Source: a virus
Taxonomy: Duplodnaviria > Caudoviricetes
IMG/VR virus record: IMGVR_UViG_3300037467_001783
Location: 1-37,535 of that record
Length of the DNA stretch: 37,535 nucleotides
Reading direction: 5' to 3' (one strand)
The position numbers and the translations under genes are program-made. The notes beneath the pieces are model-generated. The model ran no database searches and had not been told where the DNA came from. It was given only the letters and a program-made list of their open reading frames with translations. Of the stretch, positions 27,215 through 36,494 are shown piece after piece; position 1 is the stretch's first letter; each line of letters starts with the position of its first letter.

Positions 27215-28211
27215 TCTTAATCGTCTCCCATTCTTCTAATACTTCGTTTAATATTTGAATCCCAATTGCATAACAGATGGCAGTAATGGTGCCATTCTCT
27301 TTTAACCTAAATGGAGTCATTGAGATAAAGTGACTTGCTTCAAAGAATTTTGTAATTAACTCCCAATGCTCATCATGAAGTTCATAATAATCAGGGATTA
27401 ATGTACGTAGTGCTTTAAACACACCGTTAAACTTTTCTACATTATTGTGAATCTTATAATTAATTGTATCAGTTCTTCCATCAGTCCAAGCTGTATAATT
27501 TCCTTCATAAAGTAAATCATATTTTCCATGGCAAGACTGATATAATTTTGAAATATCATAATAAATACTATCTGAGCCTTCGCCACGAGGATCAATCACT
27601 TTAACTTCAAACTCATCTGCAAGAATGTTTTGAAAAGTAAAATCGCCATGGGACCTAAACCAACATTTAGGTTTTAACAATTCCATTAATTCATTATCAT
27701 TTATAATTTCCTCAATAAGCTTATGAAGATTCTTATAAAGTTTTCCATTTATATAAATTTCATCAAGCTTATAAAAATCATATGGAGCAAGACCTTTACA
27801 TCTTTCAACCATTTTCTTTAGGTGCTTATCTTTAATATAAGTAGACTTTCCACCATCATAAGAACCAAGTATCGGAGTAGCAATTTTAGAACCTGCTATT
27901 AAAATATCATGAAGAATCATTCCATCAAGATCATCTTCTTTTATGATATAATCTCTGAAACTATCAAGCTCAATATATTCCATGTCATAATAGAGAAGAT
28001 CCTTTGTAATAACACAAAAGTCTACAGCAGGAAATAAGTCTTTCTCATCAAACTCAAATAACCAACGCCATTGACTCATTAATTTTTCTGCACCTAGACC
28101 ATCTTTCATAGATGCTACTTTCCTAACTACTCTGTCATTTTCTTTTTGAATAAGGAAAGTTCGTGCCATACTCCCACCTTTAAATTCCTTTGTTATTGTT
28201 GCTTTTGACAA
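27183..28211 (-). CDS. APH/choline-kinase-fold small-molecule (sugar) kinase (likely TTG start at 28211)
   Basis: KGGSMART, VRK, HGDFTFQNIL, IDPRG, YDISKLYQS; the track ATG overlaps RBS ggaggtg. Confidence 0.82.
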   Translation of the reverse strand: MSKATITKEFKGGSMARTFLIQKENDRVVRKVASMKDGLGAEKLMSQWRWLFEFDEKDLFPAVDFCVITKDLLYYDMEYIELDSFRDYIIKEDDLDGMILHDILIAGSKIATPILGSYDGGKSTYIKDKHLKKMVERCKGLAPYDFYKLDEIYINGKLYKNLHKLIEEIINDNELMELLKPKCWFRSHGDFTFQNILADEFEVKVIDPRGEGSDSIYYDISKLYQSCHGKYDLLYEGNYTAWTDGRTDTINYKIHNNVEKFNGVFKALRTLIPDYYELHDEHWELITKFFEASHFISMTPFRLKENGTITAICYAIGIQILNEVLEEWETIKNGTNTNFTRV

Positions 28212-28242
28212 AGCTGTCACCTCCATTTAATGATACATATAC

Positions 28243-28271
28243 ATTATATCTACTTTTTTAAATTTTGTAAA
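28243..28271 (-). promoter_or_regulatory. SigA-like promoter of the kinase-HAD-NTase operon
   Basis: TTTACA-N17-TATAAT-GTATATGTA. Confidence 0.78.
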
Positions 28272-28291
28272 CTCAAAATAAAAACCGCGAG

Positions 28292-28744
28292 TTATGCACT
28301 CACGGCTTCTTTTTTACCTTCTTCATTATCAGTTAATTGTTCAATTCTTTTGTTTTTATTTCTTACTTTCTTAGCGATATGAATAGCGTCTTCATCCATT
28401 ACTTTATTAATTAGTTTAAGCAAGAAGATTATTTGATCTTCATTATAAAATTTAATCTTATTTTGTACAAAGTTTCCAAGTAATCTTGATTGAATATCAG
28501 CTTGCATATTTTTATATTCTTCATTACCCCTAAGTATTTCAAACATATTATAATTTTCTTTAGTATCCAAGTATAATGAAGCAAATGAGTTTTTATTAAA
28601 TCTTACTGCACCAAATGTCTTGTTCCTATCCGCTGTTTTTAAAAGCAACCATTCATTTTTTTCAGCATATACAACCTTGACATTATTCTTACACTCTTCC
28701 TCAATAAATGTTTTTACAATGTTAATCTCTTCTCTCATAGTCAT
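28292..28744 (-). CDS. Hypothetical protein
   Basis: gaggag RBS; 150-aa ORF. Confidence 0.7.
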   Translation of the reverse strand: MTMREEINIVKTFIEEECKNNVKVVYAEKNEWLLLKTADRNKTFGAVRFNKNSFASLYLDTKENYNMFEILRGNEEYKNMQADIQSRLLGNFVQNKIKFYNEDQIIFLLKLINKVMDEDAIHIAKKVRNKNKRIEQLTDNEEGKKEAVSA

Positions 28745-28854
28745 CTTAAATCTCTCCTCAAATTTTTATTGTTTTTTATCGTATTATTATTATATGCAAA
28801 ATTCATGTTGTATAAACCACTTTTTAAAATGTTTGTAATATTTTGTATATATTA

Positions 28855-28883
28855 ATAATAACACTAAATTCCAAAACTGTAAA
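28855..28883 (-). promoter_or_regulatory. SigA-like promoter
   Basis: TTTACA-N17-TATTAT with TG extension. Confidence 0.6.
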
Positions 28884-28960
28884 CTATAAATACAATTTTC
28901 TACTTGACAATTTGTGACAAAATACAACAAAAGACACCCCATAAAGGAGTGCCTCAATTT

Positions 28961-29146
28961 TTAATTACCTATTCCATATTGCTTTGCTTGTTCTTTTGTT
29001 AGTTCAACCTTTGTACCATCATCTTTAATCAAATACGAAGGTCTTTCAACAACCGTTTCTTCACCGTTTGGTCCGAAGGTTGTTACAGTTGAACCAATCT
29101 CAATATTACCAGCCCTCAACGTATTGCCGCTAAGTATTAATCTCAT
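28961..29146 (-). CDS. Hypothetical protein
   Basis: ggagg RBS; ATGA overlap with upstream gene. Confidence 0.65.
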   Translation of the reverse strand: MRLILSGNTLRAGNIEIGSTVTTFGPNGEETVVERPSYLIKDDGTKVELTKEQAKQYGIGN

Positions 29147-29541
29147 TTTGTTACCTCCGCAACATATCCAAGCGAAGGATCCTCTTGACGTTTGTAATTA
29201 ATTCCAAGTTTTTCTAAATACATTTCTTTAATAAGTTCCTCATCCATATCGAGGAACACTGCAACATTTGCTAAGAAGATTAATACATCAATTAATTCTC
29301 CACGAGCTTTACCAAACTGTTCAATCATTTTTTCTGAATCCCAAGTTGAATAATCTTTCCATCTCTTATGGAACGGCAACTCACGAAGCATTTCAATTGT
29401 CTCTTCAATTATTTGAGCGGAGTGTTCATGTATAAGAGCAGCGATTTCTTGATCGCTGTTCTCTCCGGGCTTGTAACCCCATTTTTGTTGAAACTCCGCT
29501 TGCTTATCCAAAATCATTTGTAAAGTTGTTTTTTCAGTCAT
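29143..29541 (-). CDS. Dimeric all-alpha dUTPase/dCTPase-like pyrophosphatase (likely ATG 29541)
   Basis: Q..FQ, EETIEMLRELPFHKRWK, GELIDVLIF, YLEKLGINYKRQ. Confidence 0.82.
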   Translation of the reverse strand: MTEKTTLQMILDKQAEFQQKWGYKPGENSDQEIAALIHEHSAQIIEETIEMLRELPFHKRWKDYSTWDSEKMIEQFGKARGELIDVLIFLANVAVFLDMDEELIKEMYLEKLGINYKRQEDPSLGYVAEVTK

Positions 29542-29556
29542 AATATCCTCCAAGTT

Positions 29557-29799
29557 TTAAGCATTAATTAATTCTTTCCCTTCTGCTGAAACAGTGACTT
29601 CCTCAAGTGCTTCAAGTTCATCTTCTGTCATAGTAAGAATGTCATATGCAAAATCTTCAACATCCTCTAAATATTCAGGAGCCGTTTCCAGCTTGTATCC
29701 TGATTGTTCAAGGGCGGCTGCTAATTCCTGTGCAGCTTCGTTAAACTTTGCTAGTGCAAAAGCAATAGCTTTTTGTTGTTCAGCAGAAAGATTTTTCAT
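29557..29799 (-). CDS. Small acidic helical protein
   Basis: ORF downstream of promoter 29865; Glu/Asp-rich C-terminal half. Confidence 0.7.
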   Translation of the reverse strand: MKNLSAEQQKAIAFALAKFNEAAQELAAALEQSGYKLETAPEYLEDVEDFAYDILTMTEDELEALEEVTVSAEGKELINA

Positions 29800-29864
29800 A
29801 TTGTCATTGTTCCCCCTAAGAAATTATAATGTTATTAAAATAATGTTTTATCAACATATTATTT

Positions 29865-29893
29865 ATTATATATCTGAATTTTAATATTGTAAA
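29865..29893 (-). promoter_or_regulatory. SigA-like promoter
   Basis: TTTACA-N17-TATAAT. Confidence 0.7.
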
Positions 29894-29948
29894 TACAAAT
29901 ATATTAAAATATAACATTATTTTTACATAGAAGTTTAAAATATGACAA

Positions 29949-30179
29949 TTATTTTTTATTTATATTATTTATAAAATAGTTAACAAAAAAGAGTAATAAA
30001 TACCAAAGTACTAACATTCGCCATAGACTATCAAAGAAACTTTCTCCAATTTGATACCCAATACTAAAGTAAAGTCCTATAAATATAATTGAGCAAAAAA
30101 TTGCAGAGAAAAAGATTTCACAAAAAAGTTTCCATAACATTAATATTCCCGCAAGAAAAACTGCAGTTATTTTTTTCAT
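29949..30179 (-). CDS. Small membrane protein (start uncertain; ATG 30179 preferred)
   Basis: Two to three hydrophobic segments; the track start 30251 is too close to the -10 box. Confidence 0.5.
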   Translation of the reverse strand: MKKITAVFLAGILMLWKLFCEIFFSAIFCSIIFIGLYFSIGYQIGESFFDSLWRMLVLWYLLLFFVNYFINNINKK

Positions 30180-30255
30180 TTTTTCACTTCCTATTTTAGA
30201 AATAAGACGTTTAAAATCCTCTATATTAAACGATTGTTTTTCCATGTACAATTAC

Positions 30256-30284
30256 ATTATATATAGAAAATATCGGATTGTAAA
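30256..30284 (-). promoter_or_regulatory. SigA-like promoter
   Basis: TTTACA-N17-TATAAT-GT. Confidence 0.7.
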
Positions 30285-30298
30285 CGTCGTTTTTGTCG

Positions 30299-33200
30299 CT
30301 ATAAATGCACTTTTTCCAATTGTATTTGCACATCATTTTTATTATATGAGGAGATCTTCATTGTTGTATGATTGTAAGGAGTATCTTTATAAACCTTTGG
30401 AATAAACTCATCTCCACGTCTTCTTCCAACAATTACAAGTCTTGTACCTCGTGCAAACCAAGATGGATCTAATACTTCTTTGTCTTTACCATTGACTCTA
30501 ACAATCTTTTTATCATAGTGCAAGAATGAACCCTTTGAATACTTAACCGCCACTACTCCGTCTTGAGTTGAAATATAAACAAGGTGCTTATCCTTATTTT
30601 TATCAACAACTGTACCAGCAATAAGTGAAAGTTCAAAAATAGGAAAATTAGCCTTTCCCCACTTCCTATAACCTGTAATAACATCGGGTCTAATTTCACT
30701 GAATTTTGATATATTAAAATAATTATTAAGAGGAACATAATCAAGTTCGTGCTTATCAGAGTAGAATACAACAGTCTCCATTTCCCACTGTTCAATAGTT
30801 CCTGTACAATTATCTAACCAAAATTCTCGTTTCTTTTTCTTATTAAAAAGATCTGCAGCTTCAGATGAGATGACCCATAGACGAAGTGGTTCAATCATTT
30901 TCTTATAAACTTTATCAAATGACTTCTCATCAATAACTAATTTACCTTCATTAAAAGTATATTGTACTTTATCTGTAAAATGTTTGATAAAGTATGCTTC
31001 AATTTCTTTATTCATGGGCTTTTTATTTCTACCAAAAATTGAATTACGGAAGTAATAAAGTTCAACCTCTGTTTTCAATTCTTCAGGAGCATGTTGAATG
31101 ATATGAGGTAAATTAGTCATAGTTAATTTTTCCTTAGGTACTACAACTTTATTTACAAACTCAATCATCAATTGACGTCTATCTTGATATAACTTATCAA
31201 AACAGCCAGCTTTAATTAAAATAATTGCTTTTTTCTCAGTGATAGGACCGTTTAATACTGCTCTATCCATGAAGTCGTCGAATGAACTAAAAGGTCTCAA
31301 TTCCATAATCGCTGCAACAGCATCTTTACCTAATCCTGAGATCGGTTTCAATCCAAAGAGAATATGACCTTCATCTTCAAGTGGAGTAAATCCCAACTTT
31401 GAACGATTAATATCTGGGTTCAATACTACGCCTTTCATATCACCAACAGCTTTTGCAACGGCTCCATAGTTAGTACTTCCTTCTTTTTCACCGAACAAAC
31501 CAGAGTTTACAGACAAACAAGCAGTCTTCCAAAAAATAACTCCGTATTTAGTTGCAAGGTTTAGTTCTTGCATAAGAATCATAGTATACCCAGCAATATG
31601 CGGCAAGGAGAATGAATAACCAAACTGGGGTTTAAATAAGACATTCCATACATATTGTTTAAGATTTTCAGAACAGCCTGTTTCTAAACAACCTTTTTCA
31701 AACATAATCCAACATTCTTCTAATACTTCCTGACTTTTCTTTGCAACACCTTTTCGAAGTTTATTTGCTTCAGTCAGTCCGAAGTTTGAAATACGAGGAT
31801 CCATAGAAATAAGCATCATAGCTTCTTGAGTATCACATAGTCCATAGTTCTGAGCAAGATATGTTTTAATTAATTCTTGTTCTTCACCAGTAAGACCTGC
31901 TTTATCCATCTCTCGATACCATTCAGTAATATCCTTCTTGTGTCTTACATATTTATCAAGAGGCGATTCTCCACCTTCAGGTGAAAGTCTCATTAATGAG
32001 TTACCTGCTTCTAACTCGTAAAAGTTCTGTGGATAAATCTTTTGCACTGCTTGTGAACCTACCGCAGAATCAAACTGAAAAGCATCATTGATCTGACCTT
32101 CATATAATAACTTAAACATTTCAGGATCTTCCATCTCAAGCACGTCGGGGTGTAAATATTTCTCATAAGTAGCACGGAGAGATCCTTGCCACTCAATCTT
32201 ACCATACTCAAGTAATAATTCCATACATGAGCGCATCCGATCAAGTGCATTTATTGTAAGAAAGTCAAGTTTTAACCCGCCTTGATAATCTGAATCACCC
32301 ATATTAAATTGAGTAACATACTGACCGCCTGTTGTCTTCATCATAGCATTCTGTGCAAGATAACCATCTCTAAAAATATAAACACCTGAAGCATGAACAG
32401 ATCTACCTGAAGTTAATCCTTCAACAGTCTCAATTGCTTCTAATAAACCTGGGTATTGAGCAAATTCTTCAACTAATTCTTTAATAGGCTTTTTACCTTC
32501 TTCAGGGTTACCTTCTAAACATTCACGAAGAGTCCACATCCCAGTTTTGTCTGTAGGGACCAAATTCGCTATATTTTGTGCTATATCATTATCAATGCCC
32601 ATACCTCGACAGATTGTAAGAATAGCTGACTTTGTTTTTTCCTTTGTTAAAGTACTAATATTTAAAACATTCTCAAACCCAAATTTTTCTTTTGTAATTC
32701 TCATAATTGACTCACGCTGAGCTGCTTCAGAATCAATATCAATATCGGGCATCTCGGGTCTTTCATGAGTAAGATGTCGCCAATGAGGTAGACCGTACTT
32801 GATAGGGTTTAATTGAACAATACCCAATAAGTAGTTAGTGTAATAAGACGCAGCTGATCCACGACTAACCCCTACAAAAGAAACTGTCCACATTAAATCA
32901 ATAACCACTTGTGTTAATGTATAATAGGCAGATACCGCTTGTCCTATCTTTTCACTTGTTAACCATAATTCTTTGTATTCTTCATTGATACGACTTATAT
33001 TTTCTTCATTTAATTCTTGGCGATATTTAATAAAACCTTTTTCAACTTGATATAAGTGATACTGATCTTCTTTCCGCGGACTAATAGAATAGCGCCTTAC
33101 CCACTCATATTTATCATAGTAATCCTTAAATAAATGAAGTAATTCAAACTCAGGTACTTCAATAGGAGGTACGATAATTTCATGAGCAAGATCAAAATCT

Positions 33201-34141
33201 TCAATAGTACTCATAAGATCGAGTGTATTGTTAAAAATTTCATTCATCTTTTCTAAAGGAATATAATCTTTCATATACTCATAAACTTCTGTTGAAGACA
33301 TTACATAAGTAGAAGAATAGAACTCCGCAACTTCACGTTCGCCTTCATCTGCTTTAAGATAAATTTCATGAATCTTGGCTTGTTCCTTGTTTAAGTAATG
33401 AGCATCAGTTGCTACGATTGTTTTAATCTTATAGGCATCAGCAATAAACAAAGCATTCTTGTTAAAAAGAACCTGCTCTTCATTATACGAAGGTTGAATT
33501 TCAATATAAAAGTCATCCCCGAATAGTTTCTTATACCAAGTAATAAGTTTATGAATTGCAATTTTATTTTCTTGAGTCGGTTCTTTAGCATATCTTAATA
33601 CTGTTTGGTCAAACTCGGAACCTAAACAAGCTGTAGCAGCAAGAATATGTCCTTTGTATTTTTCCATAATTCTTTCAAGATCCTTCTTATAAGTAGGAAC
33701 CCTCTCCATACCTCTGTGCCAAAAACTGTTTTCCCATGCTAGTGAACTAATTTCTTTCAAACCTTGATAACCAAACTTATCTTTAGCAGTTAGTACAAAG
33801 TGATAATATTTAATCGGTTCATTGTTTAGTACTGCAGTGGCAACTACTTCATCATCAACTAAATAAATTTCATCACCTAAACCTAATTTAAAGTCTTGAG
33901 GAATCTTACCTTCTTTTTTATTTTTCTGAACATATTTAATTGCTTCAACATGAGCAGCAAGAGTCTCATGATCTGTAATAGCAATACCTGCTAAACCTAT
34001 TTTAACTGCATAATCAATTAAAGTGCCTACTTTATTTATGCAATCTTTTAAACGAAAATTAGATCTGTCAGAGTGATTATGGTTACCGAAATAACTTTCA
34101 AGTAATCCATCACTTAATACATTATGAGGCATATTATTCAC
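30299..34141 (-). CDS. dnaE: DNA polymerase III alpha subunit (family C, DnaE-type)
   Basis: PHP motifs HNHS, TDHE, ACL, TDAHY; RGSAA, MPDIDID, HASG, KLDFL, FQF, YSFSLPH, PDINRS, OB fold. Confidence 0.95.
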   Translation of the reverse strand: MNNMPHNVLSDGLLESYFGNHNHSDRSNFRLKDCINKVGTLIDYAVKIGLAGIAITDHETLAAHVEAIKYVQKNKKEGKIPQDFKLGLGDEIYLVDDEVVATAVLNNEPIKYYHFVLTAKDKFGYQGLKEISSLAWENSFWHRGMERVPTYKKDLERIMEKYKGHILAATACLGSEFDQTVLRYAKEPTQENKIAIHKLITWYKKLFGDDFYIEIQPSYNEEQVLFNKNALFIADAYKIKTIVATDAHYLNKEQAKIHEIYLKADEGEREVAEFYSSTYVMSSTEVYEYMKDYIPLEKMNEIFNNTLDLMSTIEDFDLAHEIIVPPIEVPEFELLHLFKDYYDKYEWVRRYSISPRKEDQYHLYQVEKGFIKYRQELNEENISRINEEYKELWLTSEKIGQAVSAYYTLTQVVIDLMWTVSFVGVSRGSAASYYTNYLLGIVQLNPIKYGLPHWRHLTHERPEMPDIDIDSEAAQRESIMRITKEKFGFENVLNISTLTKEKTKSAILTICRGMGIDNDIAQNIANLVPTDKTGMWTLRECLEGNPEEGKKPIKELVEEFAQYPGLLEAIETVEGLTSGRSVHASGVYIFRDGYLAQNAMMKTTGGQYVTQFNMGDSDYQGGLKLDFLTINALDRMRSCMELLLEYGKIEWQGSLRATYEKYLHPDVLEMEDPEMFKLLYEGQINDAFQFDSAVGSQAVQKIYPQNFYELEAGNSLMRLSPEGGESPLDKYVRHKKDITEWYREMDKAGLTGEEQELIKTYLAQNYGLCDTQEAMMLISMDPRISNFGLTEANKLRKGVAKKSQEVLEECWIMFEKGCLETGCSENLKQYVWNVLFKPQFGYSFSLPHIAGYTMILMQELNLATKYGVIFWKTACLSVNSGLFGEKEGSTNYGAVAKAVGDMKGVVLNPDINRSKLGFTPLEDEGHILFGLKPISGLGKDAVAAIMELRPFSSFDDFMDRAVLNGPITEKKAIILIKAGCFDKLYQDRRQLMIEFVNKVVVPKEKLTMTNLPHIIQHAPEELKTEVELYYFRNSIFGRNKKPMNKEIEAYFIKHFTDKVQYTFNEGKLVIDEKSFDKVYKKMIEPLRLWVISSEAADLFNKKKKREFWLDNCTGTIEQWEMETVVFYSDKHELDYVPLNNYFNISKFSEIRPDVITGYRKWGKANFPIFELSLIAGTVVDKNKDKHLVYISTQDGVVAVKYSKGSFLHYDKKIVRVNGKDKEVLDPSWFARGTRLVIVGRRRGDEFIPKVYKDTPYNHTTMKISSYNKNDVQIQLEKVHL

Positions 34142-34349
34142 TCACTTTCACAATTATACACTTTAATACTTTCTCAATATAATTTCTTGCATTTTCCGGA
34201 TTAGCTGTCTCAAAGTTTGTCATAAGATTATTACTTGTTAAGTTAACTAACCTAAACATATTATGGATCTTATCCTCTATAATAAGATAAGTAATACCCC
34301 TACCCGACTGAATATGTTTTACTGTAATAACGGATCCTTTTTTAAGCAT
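34134..34349 (-). CDS. Hypothetical protein (likely ATG 34349)
   Basis: ggagg RBS; overlaps dnaE start. Confidence 0.6.
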   Translation of the reverse strand: MLKKGSVITVKHIQSGRGITYLIIEDKIHNMFRLVNLTSNNLMTNFETANPENARNYIEKVLKCIIVKVSE

Positions 34350-34388
34350 TTTAAAATCCTCCATTTCATGTTTAAAATCTACATAAAC

Positions 34389-34417
34389 ATTATATATGAA
34401 AAAACATTTAATGTAAA
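34389..34417 (-). promoter_or_regulatory. SigA-like promoter of the dnaE operon
   Basis: TTTACA-N17-TATAAT-GTTTATGTA. Confidence 0.78.
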
Positions 34418-34427
34418 CTACAAATGA

Positions 34428-34454
34428 AAATACGGCCGCTACGGACCGTATTTT
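34428..34454 (-). terminator. Intrinsic terminator after gyrA
   Basis: aaaatacggtc-cgtagc-ggccgtatttt on the minus strand. Confidence 0.7.
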
Positions 34455-34487
34455 TCAATATAAAATATTCATTTTAAATAAATATAA

Positions 34488-36494
34488 TTACACTTTTCTT
34501 ATAGAGATCGGTTTACCTTTCCTTGCTGCAAATACACCTTGAGTCCAACGTTCTTTTAATTCAAAGCCTGAAGTCATTAATTCAATCTCACCATTTGCAG
34601 ACTTAATAATAAATTTACCTTCTTCTTTAAATGTCAAGATACCGACAACTCCTGCATTTTTTGCTAATGAATTTGCAAGTTTCTTACGATTACCTTCAAA
34701 TGAGTCAAGCTTAATTTTTGCTACCTTATTGTTATCATAACTAATAATAATAAACTCATGGAGAGTATCAATAATAGAAGTACCGACAATGCTGCCGCTA
34801 AGATCACAAAGTGATTTAATAAAGGTACCAAGCGCCCTATTACTACTTTCCTCAATATCTGAGATCTTGACTTTATAACAGCATTTATCATCACCAAAAA
34901 TAAGGAACTCAGCACGATTAAAAGTACTGTATTCATTGACAATTTCATCACCCGGCTTAACGTATTGGTCGGAAGCTTCACCATAACCAAGTTTCATCTT
35001 TTTAACATATCCTTCTCTTGTTACAAAAAGTTTAACTGGGTAATCAGGGATTTCTTCCATTTGCTTTTTAACTGCTTTAATTTTTTCAGTGTTGACTTCA
35101 ATAACTTTACTTTGACGGTCAACTCCATATTTATCACGAGCTTCTTCGAGATCTTTAATAATAACTTGATTTAAACGCTCATCATTTTGTACAAGATCTT
35201 TTAAATCATCAATCTTGTCTCCAAGTTTTTGAATATCTTTGATCCGATTAATGATATAATCTTCATTAATATTACGAAGTTTCATATCAGCAACTGCTTT
35301 TGCTTGAACTTCATCAATACCAAAGTAAGACATTAGTACTTCTTCAATTTGATGTGAAGGTGACTTCCTAATTATTTCAATTGTTTTATCAATATCAAGA
35401 AGTACTTTCTCTAATCCTCGTAAGAAATGAAGTTCCTTCTCTAATTTAGCAATATCAAAATTAAGTCCCCGTTGAATTGTCATCTTACGCCATTTCAACC
35501 ACTCTGTAATAACTCCCCAAACGCCCATAACTCTTGGAGAACCATTAATCAAGACGTTTAAGTTTGTACTGTAAGAAGATTGTAAAGATGTAAGTTGATA
35601 TAATTTTTCAAGAGCAATTTTCATATCAGTTCCTCGTTTAAACCTTACACGAACTGACATACCTTTTAATCCTGTTAAGTCTTTAACTTCAGCAACCTCT
35701 TTTAACTTATCTTTTGACAACTCAACGATCTTATCAATAATTGCTTCTCGAGTTGTTGAATAAGGTATTTCAGTTATTAAGACACTGTATCCATCAACTT
35801 CAGCTTTGCCTCGAACTTGAACTGATCCAGAACCTTCAAGATTAATCTTCTTAAATACTTCTTGATTGTTTACAATATATCCCTTGGTTGAAAAATCTGG
35901 GATTAAAAGAATCTTTTTACCTTCATTAATAAACTTAATCATAGCATTAGTCAATTCTTTTAAATTGAAAGAAGGAATTGAAGAAGCCATACCATAAGCA
36001 ACACCACTTGAAGCTTGTGTAAGAATCCAAGGAAAGCTTACAGGAAGTACTTCAGGTATCATTATTGATCCGTCATAAGAAGGTACCCAGTTTACTAAAT
36101 TTTTATTTAGTTGAGATAGAGCTTCTACTGAAACATCTGATAATTTAACTTCAGTATAACGAGCAGCTGCTGGTGCTAGATCTCTTGATGTTGCTTGACC
36201 AAAGTTACCTTTACCAACAATAAACTGTAAAGATTGTCGATCCTTCTGGGCCATATTTACCATGGTAGAATAAGTTGAGCCGTGTGGGTGGATTTTCATC
36301 ACTGACCCTTCGATATTTGCAGACTTTGTGAGTTTTGTAGCTTTCTCCAAGTGCATTGTATATAAGATACGTCTATGGACTGGCTTAAGACCATCTCTAA
36401 TATCGGGTATTGCTCTTTGTAATATCACATATGCACCAAAGTCTAACATATTTTCAGTTATTATATCTTTTGCAGTTATATCAATGACGGCCAT
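34488..36494 (-). CDS. gyrA: Type II topoisomerase subunit A (GyrA/ParC-like)
   Basis: RAIPDIRDGLKPVHRRILY, KSA, HPHG, GNFG, AAARYTE, GVAYGMA, TEIPY. Confidence 0.93.
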   Translation of the reverse strand: MAVIDITAKDIITENMLDFGAYVILQRAIPDIRDGLKPVHRRILYTMHLEKATKLTKSANIEGSVMKIHPHGSTYSTMVNMAQKDRQSLQFIVGKGNFGQATSRDLAPAAARYTEVKLSDVSVEALSQLNKNLVNWVPSYDGSIMIPEVLPVSFPWILTQASSGVAYGMASSIPSFNLKELTNAMIKFINEGKKILLIPDFSTKGYIVNNQEVFKKINLEGSGSVQVRGKAEVDGYSVLITEIPYSTTREAIIDKIVELSKDKLKEVAEVKDLTGLKGMSVRVRFKRGTDMKIALEKLYQLTSLQSSYSTNLNVLINGSPRVMGVWGVITEWLKWRKMTIQRGLNFDIAKLEKELHFLRGLEKVLLDIDKTIEIIRKSPSHQIEEVLMSYFGIDEVQAKAVADMKLRNINEDYIINRIKDIQKLGDKIDDLKDLVQNDERLNQVIIKDLEEARDKYGVDRQSKVIEVNTEKIKAVKKQMEEIPDYPVKLFVTREGYVKKMKLGYGEASDQYVKPGDEIVNEYSTFNRAEFLIFGDDKCCYKVKISDIEESSNRALGTFIKSLCDLSGSIVGTSIIDTLHEFIIISYDNNKVAKIKLDSFEGNRKKLANSLAKNAGVVGILTFKEEGKFIIKSANGEIELMTSGFELKERWTQGVFAARKGKPISIRKV

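Noticed and set aside
25845-28226. Interpretation as dTDP-rhamnose biosynthesis or aminoglycoside resistance
   Set aside because: No rmlBCD in the window; the APH fold is shared by many sugar kinases and the context is NDP-sugar synthesis
30299-36494. Intein or intron in dnaE or gyrA
   Set aside because: Frames are continuous, lengths are ordinary and no intein C1/HN or LAGLIDADG motifs were seen
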